Of a DNA stretch of 64,000 nt, positions 22,977 to 35,118 are shown one piece after another (within the stretch, counting starts at the first letter, position 1; every line of letters begins with the position of its first letter). The stretch is from NCBI GenBank assembly GCA_000004985.1, contig GG738866.1; one strand, 5' to 3'. Under the pieces are notes generated by a model. The model did not search any database. It was not told where the DNA came from and saw only the letters and a list, made by a program, of their open reading frames with translations. This DNA is from Naegleria gruberi (Eukaryota). Position numbers and translations under genes: made by a program.

Positions 22977-24849
22977 TTATTTGGATTTAATATCTTCAGA
23001 TTCAGAACCAGGCGAACTAATTTCTTCTAAACTGACATCCTGTTTCACAACTGGATGATTGGTATAGTGTTTCTTGAGTGCTTCATGACGACTCTGTAAC
23101 CAGTATTGTGAAATAAAGTATCCCAACATGAATATAAAAGCAGAAGGAACTAAAATCATCCACACAAAGCCCATAGCAATATCAATAGAGAAACTGTCTT
23201 GAAGTAAGCCAAAAAGGAATGGTGAAGGGAAATCACCCAAAAGATGGTACAATAGAATTTGCCAACTCACAGCATAATTTCTCAAATTCTTATGTTCAAC
23301 ACTATTTACAACACTGCATTGGAATGGACTAGTTGAGCAAAAGAGGAAGCAACATGAAATTCCAAATAAAACTAACAATAAATAAATATTGACAGAGAAT
23401 ATGAAGCATGGAATGACCCACGGGAATCCTAAAATGAGAAAGATTGTGCAGAATAACAATCCACGAGCTGCTCCCTTCATACCGTTTGACCCTCCAAATC
23501 TATCCACAATAAAACCACCAGACATGGTTCCAATAATTGATGCAATGAGCATGGCAATTGAAAATCCAACTGTTGCAATGTTGGCAGAGTCAGAATTCAC
23601 TGTAATTGAACTGTCAGCTTGTTTCATTTTGTGAAGAACATATGATGGTGCATAGAATTGAATAGCACCAATGCAAAAACTATATCCACAACTGCCCAAA
23701 GTTGCAAAGAAATACACTGGATTGCAGAATAAATATTTCAAAGCGGACCAGAAGGAGAATATTTGATACTTTTTCTTTTCAGCTTGTTGCTTTCTTTGTT
23801 CATTGGTAAAGCTAAGTTCCTCCTCATCCATTGGTTCGTTAATCATTATTTCATCATCTTGATAGTCGTCCTTTTTCTCCAAAAGAGCATCTTGTGAATC
23901 CTCACCATCGTCATCATCATCTGATAAATGTTCATGCTTATCTTGATGTGTTTCTAATTTGGAAATATTTACAATGGAAATTTCATCAGAAGATGCAACA
24001 TTATCCTTGTGTTCAATTTCCACACTCGTATTTGCAGGATCTGTTACTTCATCAGTTTTCTTTGCTCTGTTTGTTTTCACTGAATTTAAAGGAACAAACA
24101 AAAATAAACATCCAAAGAATAATCCAAATATTGCTTCAATATAGAAACAGTAAGTCCAACTTCCCAATCCAACAAGAAGAGGAGATATCGTATAACCCAT
24201 TGCTACACCAAAGGGTACTCCAACCATGAAGAAACTCCTAAAATTACCTTGTTACAAACAGTAACTAATCAATATTAACTTACATATATGTTGTTTTGTA
24301 TTCTTTTGAAGCTAGATCATCAATTAAAGTCACCGAAAGTGGGACGAAACTAGCTTCACCAATTCCTATCAAAGCTCTCGAAATTACCAATAAATAATAA
24401 CCCCACTGTTGATCAACACCATGCGACAATGTTCCCCACAAACCAGATAATACAGCACTATCATATCAAAATAATAATATTAATAATTAGAATTATAAAA
24501 ATTGTTATCATTATCATACCTTGCTGTCCAAACAAATAATCCAAAAGACATGATCAAATTCACTCGCACAAAATTAGCCATATATGCAAATACAGCACTT
24601 CCTATTGAAAATGTAATAATAAAAGAACTTCCGATTATTCCCTCTTGTTTTCCACTTAAATCCCAGTGAGCCTTTACATATGGTAGAACAGCAGCAATAG
24701 CTCCTCTATCAAAAAACATGAGCATCTCAACGATCGTCAATAGCAATAACAATGCCTTCGGATGCCGTGTAATAAATTCAAATATTGGAGGTATCACATG
24801 TTTTTGTTGTTGTAGCTGTGTTTGGTGTTGTTTTTTTGTTGTGTCATTT
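22977..24849 (-). CDS. Spinster-like major facilitator superfamily (MFS) transporter; at least 3-4 exons
   Basis: Exons ~24797-24521 ('FDRGAIAAVLPYVKAHWDLSGKQEGIIGSSFIITFSIGSAVFAYMAN'), ~24470-24300 (MFS signature 'RALIGIGEASFVPLSVTLIDDLASKEY') and ~24250-22977 (ORF 22977..24227, 12-TM-like with acidic loop). N-terminal start uncertain: first in-frame codon printed M is GTG, and an upstream ATG at ~24849 lies in another frame. Confidence 0.55.
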
Positions 24850-25034
24850 TTTGGCTAACAAAAGATATTAGAATTTGGCTCAATATCGAAAATGGCGGGT
24901 AATGAAGTCGGACACAGGTTATCCAACAGAGAATTAGGAATTGATTACAATAAAATCAAATATGAGTAAATTGTCAAATGAAAGTATACTATTCAATAAT
25001 TTAATAATTTACAATGTGTTGTTGGTGATGATTT

Positions 25035-26255
25035 TTAATTATTCTTGGTTGCTAATGATTTACAAATGGTTAACAAATCAGATTTTTCCACAATGTGAAG
25101 ATCTGGTTGGAGGAAGACACTTTTGTAATTGCTGGCCATGTAATCCAGGGTTGAACGTAAGAAAGTGTGAGATTGATGTTCCTTAGCAGCACTGTAGAAT
25201 ACAAAAATGTTTTCTGATGAAACAACCTTTCTGAAGAGATTGACACAATATTCAGATAATCCTGGTAACATTAATTGATCTGCCAAAACAAATGTTTCAA
25301 TCAAATGACATGGTCTTACATTTGTAAAACTACTGTACATATAATCCAATGCTGCAACTAGGGCAGGGAATGGAGCAAATGTGTCAACTACAATGGTATT
25401 ATTTACAGAGCTATCGATAAGAGTCTTTAAAAATGGAGATCTAGCAGCAAGGATAGCTTTCAAACATTTGATTTCTCTTCCAGAACTCTTATGAACGACA
25501 GTTAAATCAGCATGCAAACCACTCTTCAAAAGACTTCTATAAAATTTGCTAATTTCTGGAACTTCTTCCTTTTGAACACCTCCTTTTCCACAAATTTTGA
25601 CTGCATCAATTTCTGTCCAACCTCCATTCATACTTAAATCAATTCTAATAGCATTAGTTTTAAATCCTTTTACAGTCAATTCTGGAGCAAAATCTCTTGC
25701 TACATGGATACCATTTGTTGCAGGACCAGACCACAAAGTAACCCATTCATTTGAATTTTCACGTCTTCCACTAATTTTAGTAACAGATCCAGGTGTTGAT
25801 GATTCATAAATATGAACACTATAAACAGACATGACATGATCGTAACCCAATTCAATAAATTCAGGTCCTGTAGTATTATTTGGACACCAAGCAGAGCCAC
25901 TTGATGAATAGGTTGGATAGACCCTACAAGGACCTACCACATTATTGGCATGATAAGATGTTGGATCACCTCTTTAGAAAATAACAATGTCAACATTCCA
26001 TACAAACTGAAAAACAACTTACCCCCAGTAAGAGCTATACGAAATCACAGAAGAAGCCCATTGTTCGGAAGGTCCTACATCTTCTTCCTCTTCTTCATCC
26101 TCTTCATCTCCAAATTTATAGTCATCATAATAATCAGGTGCAATATCCTGCACTCTATACTTGCTATTGACCGATGCTGATGATGAACCTTGTTCTTCTT
26201 CGTTAATCAATACAATAGTCGAATCGTTGTTCTCTCTTCTTGGAATTGGGAGCAT
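25035..26255 (-). CDS. Galactose-binding-like (discoidin / F5-8 type C-like) domain + BTB/POZ domain protein; 2 exons
   Basis: ATG at 26255. Exon 1 ends ...SYSSYWG with phase-2 donor GTAAGT at 26022; intron 25972..26022 (51 nt). Exon 2 continues 'GDPTSYHANNVVGPCRVYPTYSSSGSAWCPNN...NAIRIDLSMNGGWTEIDAVKICG' (F5/8C-like ending). BTB 'ADLTVVHKSSGREIKCLKAILAARSPFLKTLIDSSVNNTIVVDTFAPFPALVAALDYMY'. Confidence 0.55.
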
Positions 26256-26505
26256 TTTTTTTAAATGTTATTGTTTGAACTTGTGATGAGAGCATTAGCT
26301 GGAAAAATAGACAACTTTGATATCAGAGTTCATTCTGTCTGGGATGAACTTTGAAGTAGTAGTATTAAAGAATTATATTCATTTGTTTACAATTTTATTG
26401 ATTGAGTATTGAAAATTGTAATATCTATCTATTCACAATTAAATTGCTGTTCTTCTCATTAAATTCGATTTTAAAAAAACTCCGACAATTAATAGGAGAA
26501 GAAAA

Positions 26506-28323
26506 ATGAGAAAACTTGCCTCGTTTCTTGGTGGTGGTAAATCTTCATCATCAAATGGTTCTTCTTCATCACCTTCAGCATCGGGTACTAGTAATGAAAG
26601 AGTTTCATCCAACAAACAGCAAGGTTCCCTTTCTATAGTAACAACATCATCAATTGGTGTTGCCGTTGGTGATTCTTCATCATCTCCATCATCAAATAAT
26701 AATAACAATGGAAGTAAAACTCCAAGAAGTAATTTCTCTAGATCGACTAGTAATACTAAAATTAATTCTTCATCATCCTCTTCATTGGAAAGGAATAATA
26801 TTGAACAGGAAATTCAAAATATAATTTTTAATACTTCACAAATTAATACACTCTCCAAAGTACCTAATGTTCAACCGGAATATTATTTGAAAATTGTTGT
26901 TTTGGGAGGACCATCTGTTGGAAAATCGGCAATAATTAATAGATATTTGAAAAATAAGGATCATCCTGCTTTATCAGTAACAAAGAGTGGATTGTACATA
27001 CCAACAATAGGAGTCGACATGTATAGTAAGCCTGTTAAGAAATATAGAGATGCTTCGATAACAAAATGTAAATCAATTCAATTTCCAGTGAGATTGACGA
27101 TACTAGATGTTCCACATAGTGAATTTATGAAACAATCAGTGTCAAAATATTTTGAAAATGCACATGGAATAGTGTTAGCTTTTGATGTGACTAATATCAA
27201 GTCAATTAGTGCTATTGATCAGTGGCGATCCAAAATTCCATCACATCTCCTTACAAGTACAGTTTTACTTGCCCATAAAGCCGAGTTAAAGCCACACATT
27301 ATCACTCCAAACTCTCTAGATAATTATGTTAGAGATTCTGGATTATTGGCATGGTTTTCAACATCGATTAGAAATTTCCAATCCATCAATGGAGCATTCC
27401 AATACCTTGTCGATAGAAGTCTGTCAAAATTAATCAAAAAATATCAAGGACTGCCTACATTGAATCATCAAATGAATGCTGTCTCAATGGCTAGAAAATC
27501 TTCATCGATTCCATTGGCAGAATCCAAGTCTGATAACTTGGCCGAGTCTCTTCAATATTCCAATTCTGTAGAATCCAATTCTGATACAGGATCTATTTCT
27601 AAGGATGATTCCAAACAAATAGTGGAAGGATTTTCTACTCTCTACGACATGTTGGAGGACAAGAATCCAAATTTAACAATGGAATTTATAGAAAAATTCA
27701 GAAGTGAAATTACATCTTTTTATTTCCAATTATCAAGCAGATTTAAAGAGTTCAAAGTGGTATGTCAGAGTTGTGACACGAGCTCAAACGATCAAAAGTT
27801 GATGGATCTACTGATAAATGAATGTGATGCTGAAAGAATCATTCTCCTTAACAAATTAGCTCTCGTTGAAAAGGAACTTGTAAAGTGTAATAGTATCTAT
27901 ACGGAAAATAATACTCCCATGAAAAATCTCACCAAACTGTACATTGAACTCAAGAGAGAATTTTATATTGTAAAGATTGAAAAATGGATAAGTTTTTGGT
28001 ATTCCTTAAAATCAAGATTTTGCCTGAGTCAAATTTTCTACAAGGACACCAAACAAGATTGTCAACAATTACCAGAGATTTCGGAATCACTCTACAGCCA
28101 ACCTATCAATCAAAATATTGTAGCCAAACTGGAAAGCAGAAGGGCAAAAATTGAAAAACTCAAACAACATTCCAAAATACAATCTAAAGAAATATCTCAG
28201 AAAGAGGATGAAAATCTTGTAGAGAGTGATAGTACATTCTCTGTTATCAATCAAATTTTCAAAGCAGAAATGTATGTGGACATATTCCCTCAATTAACAG
28301 AACTCAATAAATTAAATAAATAG
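26506..28323 (+). CDS. Atypical Ras/Rab-like (likely pseudo-)GTPase domain protein with Ser-rich N-terminus and coiled-coil C-terminus
   Basis: ATG at 26506. P-loop 'KIVVLGGPSVGKSAIINRY'. Switch-I-like 'PTIGVD'. G3 replaced by 'DVPHSE' (no Gly/Gln). NKxD replaced by 'LLAHKAEL'. 605 aa. Confidence 0.5.
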   Translation: MRKLASFLGGGKSSSSNGSSSSPSASGTSNERVSSNKQQGSLSIVTTSSIGVAVGDSSSSPSSNNNNNGSKTPRSNFSRSTSNTKINSSSSSSLERNNIEQEIQNIIFNTSQINTLSKVPNVQPEYYLKIVVLGGPSVGKSAIINRYLKNKDHPALSVTKSGLYIPTIGVDMYSKPVKKYRDASITKCKSIQFPVRLTILDVPHSEFMKQSVSKYFENAHGIVLAFDVTNIKSISAIDQWRSKIPSHLLTSTVLLAHKAELKPHIITPNSLDNYVRDSGLLAWFSTSIRNFQSINGAFQYLVDRSLSKLIKKYQGLPTLNHQMNAVSMARKSSSIPLAESKSDNLAESLQYSNSVESNSDTGSISKDDSKQIVEGFSTLYDMLEDKNPNLTMEFIEKFRSEITSFYFQLSSRFKEFKVVCQSCDTSSNDQKLMDLLINECDAERIILLNKLALVEKELVKCNSIYTENNTPMKNLTKLYIELKREFYIVKIEKWISFWYSLKSRFCLSQIFYKDTKQDCQQLPEISESLYSQPINQNIVAKLESRRAKIEKLKQHSKIQSKEISQKEDENLVESDSTFSVINQIFKAEMYVDIFPQLTELNKLNK

Positions 28324-28532
28324 TGCGTCATCTATAATTTCTGTAAAATATGTCAACCTGGACAATTAAATTAAAACCCAAAAAGTAATGTTAACTGAAA
28401 AGTCCCTTAGCTCAATTAAAAGCAACTAGCTCTCTAAACAAGTTGGAATATCGGTTGCTTAATATTATAAATAAATAAATATGAACTCGGGATCCGTTAT
28501 TAGCTATTTTGTATTTTGAGGGAAAATACAAA

Positions 28533-28766
28533 ATGCAAAAAAATAGTAAAATTGATGCTGAAGAAAGTATGGAGGTTATTCACAGCCACCTCAAACTAAA
28601 GAAAAAATGGAAGAAGGAAAATTCATTCTGTTGTGGTTGTAGACTAGGTTTTTTATTGGATATTTCTTTTATCACGTTATTGCTCTTTCTTCTGTACATT
28701 GCCTTAGATCCTGAATTTGGTTACATCAGAGTTAAATTATACGAAAATTTTGGTATCAAAACTTAA
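28533..28766 (+). CDS. Small single-pass membrane hypothetical protein
   Basis: ATG at 28533. 'CCGCRLGFLLDISFITLLLFLLYIALDPEFGY'. Short, weak support. Confidence 0.2.
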   Translation: MQKNSKIDAEESMEVIHSHLKLKKKWKKENSFCCGCRLGFLLDISFITLLLFLLYIALDPEFGYIRVKLYENFGIKT

Positions 28767-30973
28767 TCATAGAATCGGAAACACTCTGAAATAGCATCAT
28801 TGGAAGGTGTCACTTTTCCTGCAGGTCTAATGTAATTTAAATAATGAATAGGAAGTGCTTTGTAATTCTTTGGATTAAAATCGGAATAGTCCTTAGGAAT
28901 AAACTTGGCAAATTGTAATCCTTTTAGATCACTGCAAAGTGGACCCTCATAATTTGCTCGTTTTGCTTCACAATTTATCATTGAGGATTGACCAACCATC
29001 GTTGAAGTATTGTTTGCTTGAACTTGATCAGCATACACATACTGTTGTTGTTGTGGGATAGTATTAGGGCCAACAGGATAATTTCCTCCTTGATACATTT
29101 GTTGTGGAGGATAATTATTGCTTGGATATTGAGATTGCATTTGTTGATTACCGTACATCATTTGGTATTCTTCAGGGGAGTAATAGTCAGAGTTTCTGGC
29201 CTTCATTTCAGAATTCATTTGTGGTTGCTCATTGTATTGTCTGATATTTTCCTTTTCTTCATCTGATTCCTCAATTGGTTCAACGAAGGCAGTCTTCTTC
29301 TCCTCTTTCCTAGGTCTGGATGATGATCTCTTTTTGGTTGTTGTCACTGGGGCAGAATCAATTTTATCGTCCAAGTCATTGTTTCCACCTCCATAAGAGT
29401 TTCTTTCTCTCCTTGATTCATTATTATACTTTTCAAATCTGTCGAAAGATTTCCAGTAGTATGATTTTGGTTTCCAAGGTTTGAAATCTTGCTCATCCAA
29501 AAGTTTCTTCCAACCATCATATTCTGCTGTTTTTTCCCTTCTTGCAACCACATCTTTAACAATTTGATTTGGATCTCTTGGAGCGACGTTGAATGTATTC
29601 ATATAGGTCTTATCACTCACAGGAGTTACATTGCTATGTCCATAAGGGAAGAATGGAGGTTTTTCACCTCTGTTCATATAGGTTTGTAATTCTCTTTGGT
29701 TCCTCTCAATAGTTTGCTTTTCCTCAGCAGCCAAACGTCCGTAGTACTGATCTTGTCTGTCAATAAGTTTCTTCTTTTGATTGGTTTCTTTTTGTTGAAT
29801 TTTTGAAAGAGTTCTATTGTAAACTTCAGCATACATTTCCTGTTTAGTTTTTTTCTTATCCTTAGTTGAACCATTATCTTCCGAGTAGGCCCCTCTTGAT
29901 CTTCTATCGATAGTCTCGCTCATTGGAGGTGGTTCAACTTTAGTGACCTCCTTCTTAGGTGGTTCCTTTTTGGTTGCTGGTGTTCCTGCCCCAGTTCTCT
30001 TCTTTAGAGAGGGTGACTTTGGTCGAGACACAGCTGCTGGAGTGGCACTTGGTTCTTCCATTGGTTCGAAAACATCTTGATAATCTTCATTTCCTCCAGT
30101 TGCTGGAGTAGGAACTGGAGTGATTGGCAAGCCTTGTTGATAATAGTCTGGATTGTAGATTTGAGTTAAACCAGTTGGGGTGGGATTCATTTGAGGTTGA
30201 CCGATTGTTGGAGAAATGAACAATTGTTGTTGACTATTGGTTGCACTTATTGAATCACTTGAAGAGTATGCTTCATTTCCGACAGGAGCAGAACATGAGA
30301 AGAATCCAAAGTTTTCTCGATGTTCAGTTACCCATTTGTTATTCATTTTAGGTCTTTGTTCCTTAACAGCTTCCAAATTGATCTTTTTCCTATTGTACTT
30401 CTTGTTAGGGAAATGAGCGAGAAATTCTTGACCTTCAACCTCTTGTAAATATTTTGGATTATTGGTTGATCCACTCTCAGGATAGCAACAAGGTTTCTTA
30501 GATGGATAATTGAATGTTCCTGGTTGAATTGGGATTTGATTATTGCTTGTATTCATTGAAGGTATTTGCTGTTGATTAGTGGAGATTACTTGAGCTCCAC
30601 CTCCACAACCACATCCTATATTAGTTGTTTGGGCAGACTCTTGTTGGGCTACTAGAGTTGTTCTTCCATAGACAGGAGTTGATGATCGAATATTTGTAGC
30701 AACACTTGTTGCAAACCTAGAGGAGGATGGTTGATCGGCACACTGATACTGAGGAAGAACTAAATTGTTATATTGAGGTTGGCATTGTCTTTGAGGGACA
30801 TATACTACAGTTGGATATTCGGGTGGAGTATAATTCCTTAACATGATGGATTGACTTGGTGGAACTGCATAATCAAGGCCGGGAACTTTAGAAAGACATT
30901 CCTGACAAGCCATGTCTCTCGATGATGTTGTTGGATTCATCACTGGAGTGCTTTGAGCAGCACTGTTGTACAT
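28763..30973 (-). CDS. Gln/Asn/Pro/Tyr-rich low-complexity hypothetical protein (736 aa)
   Basis: ATG at 30973 verified. Long uninterrupted ORF in an AT-rich genome. Q/P/Y-rich N-terminal half, charged K/E-rich middle, C-terminal Cys-containing region. Confidence 0.45.
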   Translation of the reverse strand: MYNSAAQSTPVMNPTTSSRDMACQECLSKVPGLDYAVPPSQSIMLRNYTPPEYPTVVYVPQRQCQPQYNNLVLPQYQCADQPSSSRFATSVATNIRSSTPVYGRTTLVAQQESAQTTNIGCGCGGGAQVISTNQQQIPSMNTSNNQIPIQPGTFNYPSKKPCCYPESGSTNNPKYLQEVEGQEFLAHFPNKKYNRKKINLEAVKEQRPKMNNKWVTEHRENFGFFSCSAPVGNEAYSSSDSISATNSQQQLFISPTIGQPQMNPTPTGLTQIYNPDYYQQGLPITPVPTPATGGNEDYQDVFEPMEEPSATPAAVSRPKSPSLKKRTGAGTPATKKEPPKKEVTKVEPPPMSETIDRRSRGAYSEDNGSTKDKKKTKQEMYAEVYNRTLSKIQQKETNQKKKLIDRQDQYYGRLAAEEKQTIERNQRELQTYMNRGEKPPFFPYGHSNVTPVSDKTYMNTFNVAPRDPNQIVKDVVARREKTAEYDGWKKLLDEQDFKPWKPKSYYWKSFDRFEKYNNESRRERNSYGGGNNDLDDKIDSAPVTTTKKRSSSRPRKEEKKTAFVEPIEESDEEKENIRQYNEQPQMNSEMKARNSDYYSPEEYQMMYGNQQMQSQYPSNNYPPQQMYQGGNYPVGPNTIPQQQQYVYADQVQANNTSTMVGQSSMINCEAKRANYEGPLCSDLKGLQFAKFIPKDYSDFNPKNYKALPIHYLNYIRPAGKVTPSNDAISECFRFYD

Positions 30974-31501
30974 TTTTTTTTAATTCTGTAAACGGTTTTT
31001 TAATTGGCGGCAGTTTTGAATGGCGCCAAATCTAATGTCTGTTGAAATTATTTGAAAAAATTGATATTGGGCAACTGAATTGAGGTACGATCAGAGTTTC
31101 TCAAGTTTTAAAATTATCAAACAAAACACAAAGATATTCATTTAATTACCTCTAAATATTGGTTAAAAGAAATAATAAATAATTGGTGGAATCAGTAGAA
31201 ATCCTGATTACTGATTGGTCGTGAAGGCTGCCCTTAAATTATCACAGTTAACTGTGTGAAACTTGTGATTGAAGAATGGTTGTTTACCTTGTAACAAACT
31301 TATTCCGAATCAATTAAAGGTTCAATTCATATTAAATTAATTATTAAGAATAACTTTACAAAAAATAAAAGAAACTTCTAAGGGTGCCCTTTTGAATAGC
31401 TCAAGCTTACAGTCAATAAAACGCACCTTAAAAGTCGTTTTTGAATTCAACGACAAGACCATTAAAACTAGCTGGCTGGAGCTTCTTCTGATACAAAACA
31501 A

Positions 31502-32973
31502 ATGCAAAATCAAAACTCGATTGCAACACTTTTAATTTTGAGTCTTCTAGTACTGGTAATAGAGGTTACACAAACGAAAAGAATACCTTCATTATCATCA
31601 CTCCCAAGAAGTAGTAATACGACTATTCTCATCAAGAAGACAATGGAAAATAACGCTGCAATTATTGGTCAAGGTGGAGAAGAACAATCATCATCATTGA
31701 TTCCTTTCGGATCAAAATTAATGAAAAATCAATTCTATTTGGATGCGAATTATACAAATTTAAATCACGGATCATTTGGAAGTACTCCTAAAGATGTGAT
31801 GGCTGCAAACTTTAAATATCAAAGTATGTTTTTATATTACAAAATTTAAATTTTAATAATATATTAATATTATTATCAATTATATTACCAGTTGATATGG
31901 AAGAAAAACCAGACCCTTGGTTTAGAATGACAGTCCTTCCTAAATATGATCAATCCAGAAAGATGCTCTCCAAGATTATTGGTTCTCAAAATGATGATGA
32001 TGTTGTCATTGTGGAGAATGCAAGTGTGGCCATCAATGCAATTTTCAGATCCATTCCATTCACAAAGAAGGACAAGATTATCTACTTTAATACTGCATAT
32101 GGTATGGTTCAAAAGACTATTGCCTACATTCATGATTTCTATGGTACTGAGCTTGTTGAAGTAACGTTTACTTTGGAAGATTTACAATCGGTGGAATCAA
32201 TTTTATCCAAGGTTAAAGAGGTTGCTCTTGCCAATAAGGAAAACACCACCATTGCTGTCTTTAGTCATATTGTTTCTACACCAGCAATTGTTTTACCAGT
32301 CAAAGAACTCGTTCAATTTTTCAATACATTGAACGTTCCAAGTGTTATTGATGGTGCTCATGCCATTGGTAGTATTCCATTCAATGTTACTGAAATTGGA
32401 TCTGATTATTATCTCAGTAATGCCCACAAGTGGTTGTTCACTCCAAAATCATCATGCGTTTTGTGGAAGAATCCAAATGCAAGATTCCAAATCCATCCAA
32501 CAGTTATTAGTTATGGTTATACCACTACTCCAGTTCAAAGTTATCAAAAGGAATTTTCCTATGTTGGAACCAGAGATTACTCTGCCTATTTGTCTATCAA
32601 GGATGCAATAGAATGGAGACAAAGAGTTTGTGGAGGTGAGGAAAATATTATGAAATATAATACTGAACTTGCAATTAAGATTGGTGAATTATATTCCCAA
32701 ATATTTGGAACTCATTTATTGACAGAAGATAAACGACTCTGGTCAGGTTCTATGGCTAATATTAGACTCCCTTTCACTGATAATATGGACTTTTGGTACA
32801 AGGTGAATCAAATAATTTATGAAAAGTTCAACTCTTTCCCAATCTTTTTTGAATTTGACAAGAAGGCATACATTAGAGTTTCAGCTCAAATTTACAACTC
32901 TATTGAAGATTATCAAAAAATTGGTTTGGCTATTTATGAAACTGCCAAACAATTATTCAATGAACAAAAGTAA
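31502..32973 (+). CDS. PLP-dependent aminotransferase class-V family enzyme (isopenicillin-N-epimerase / cysteine-desulfurase-like) with N-terminal signal/anchor; 2 exons
   Basis: ATG at 31502. Hydrophobic 'IATLLILSLLVLVIEV'. Exon 1 ends ...FKYQ + phase-1 donor GTATGT at 31831. Acceptor ...ATTACCAG at 31885 (intron 31831..31885, 55 nt) joins in frame to ORF 31897..32973. 'YLDANYTNLNHGSFGSTPKDV', 'VVIVENASVAINAIFRSI', PLP-Lys motif 'SNAHKWLFTPKSS'. Confidence 0.65.
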
Positions 32974-33049
32974 AACCTCTACCTATATTCCCATTTGATT
33001 GCAAAACAAGCTCAATACAAAATTCATTCCTCAACCAAAATTTCAAACC

Positions 33050-33540
33050 GTGTCGTTGAATTATTGAAATTGTGGCAAGATAGAGAATTTGTAAAACACC
33101 TTGTAGGTATTTATCTGGTTAAAAAATAGAGAAATTATTTTACACTTTATTAGAAAGTCCTATTATGCTGTCTTGTACTCTGGATTGCCTTCTTTTATGT
33201 ATGACTTTAGAAATGATAGAGAAGTCATGTTGGCATTTGTTCAAAAGTGGGGAGTTGGATTAGGTGGTGCTAGTTCAGAATTGAAGTTGTAATGGAAGCA
33301 GTTAAGCAAAATGGATGTGCTCGACGATATGCCTCTAAAGAATTGCAATCTGATAGACAAGTTGTAATGGCTGCTGTTTGTTCTAATGGTCATGTTTTGC
33401 AATATCTTTTACCTGAATTTAGAGATGACAAAGAAATTGTATTGAAAAATTATGATCTTGAGAATGCATCTGATAGACTGAAATCAGATAGAGAATTTGT
33501 AATGACAATGATTAAGCAAAAGGGAACCATCAAGTGAGGT
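33050..33540 (+). pseudogene. Fragmented DUF4116-repeat gene remnant (repeat units in two different frames)
   Basis: '...QDREFVKHLV', 'FRNDREVMLAFVQKWGVGLGGASSELKL*' and ORF 33292..33537 'MEAVKQNGCARRYASKELQSDRQVVMAAVCSNGHVLQYLLPEFRDDKEIVLKN...KSDREFVMTMIKQKG' lie in different frames. Could alternatively be unresolved small exons. Confidence 0.3.
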
Positions 33541-33627
33541 AATGAGTGGTAATTTCTCAATATTGACTAATAGAAAATGTTCATTTCTTCTTCATTAAAC
33601 TATTTTACATGAAAATATCCAATTATT

Positions 33628-34757
33628 TCAATAAATAAAGTTGTAATACTTGTTTGTTGCAAGTTCTGGTATTTCCTTCAATAGGTCATTCATGTACTTT
33701 CTATTATTCAAATATTTAGGAGCTATAAATTTTTCCAATGACAGATTTTCCTTACACACTTGGTATGCCTTAACGAGTGACATTTTGAAAATTTCCTCAT
33801 CTTCTCTAAACCAAAAAGGAATCTCATAGATATATTTTGTTTTTTGAATGCATCTCTTAACAATTTCTTCATCCTTTCTAAACTCATAAGGAACAAGGAA
33901 TAGTGGCAAATTCATTCCAACTAATTGATATACCAATTCTCTATTTTCTCTCATTACTTTTGGAAGTTCAGAATAGGCAAAGTAGTTTCTCCTAACAACT
34001 TCCTTAACAAATGAGAAATCATGTTGCAATCTCTCACTAATATATCCAACATTATTTGGAGAGGAAATACATGCTGATAGAGCAATCTGTCTATCATCGA
34101 GCATTTCCTTAGGAAGTTTGTAATATAATATTTTCAATTCTCGAATTTTCACATACAATTCCACAACTTGCTTATCATTTAAATATATTTCTGGAAGTTT
34201 GAATTCAAAATTATGGAAATATGAACTAACACTCTTCAGTACTCTCATTACAATATCTCGATCATTCTTCATTTCATCTGAAAACAATTTATAACATCTC
34301 GGACAAGATGTCACAGCTTTAAGACACACCCTCTTATCCTTCTTCAATTCATCACTCAAATGTACATAAAAGTAACCAAATTGTGAAACTGCTCTAATAG
34401 CAATTCGAATACTATTTCTCAATCGTTCAGAAATTTGCAAAAAAGTGTTTTCACACCTAATAAACCTCAACATGTGCCAAGCCACCAACTCATTATCCAC
34501 ATATTCTTTCGGAATCGTATAGTATCGAGGTAATTTCTTATAAGTATGCTTTCGGAATGATTTTAAAAATTCATACGATTTCTCATAATCATGCAAAAAT
34601 CGTTCCGATGCTTGTTTCCAAATGTTTTTCAATAGATTGGAAAGATTATCTGAATCAGAATGTGTATACTCATCATGATCATTTTTATTTGATCGGGTTG
34701 TGGTGGTGGTGGTGGTGGGCGGTGATGGGAGAAAATCATAGAGAATGAGTTGGACCA
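33628..34757 (-). CDS. DUF4116-repeat protein
   Basis: First true ATG at 34757 (track start at 34803 is ATT). Repeats 'ELKKDKRVCLKAVTSCPRCYKLFSDEMKNDRDIVMRVLKS', 'LDDRQIALSACISSPNNVGYISERLQHDFSFVKEVVRRNYFAYSELPKVMRENRELVYQLV'. Poly-Thr tract near N-terminus. Confidence 0.55.
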
Positions 34758-35118
34758 TTTTTTTTTGTAATGCAACTCGAATTTGCACTTTATATTGTGT
34801 CAATATTTATTTGAAACAATTTAAAGTCAAATGTGTTTTTGGTGTGAAAATCAATTTTTTGATTACCATTGATTCTGATAATGTTTAGTATTTTGAAATG
34901 GAAAAGGTTTATGGAGTGATACATGGAATGGTATTAGAATCTTGTGATTGGAATTTCATGAATTGTTACTCACAATTTCTTTCTTGCAAGTTCACACTTC
35001 TCACAGATTTATACTAGAAAGTTGAACCAACAGGTATTAATACATAATTTACATCTATCCCTCTTTAAAAATCATCCCTCAAAAACAACCAACCCAATCA
35101 AATACTTTACAAAAAAAA

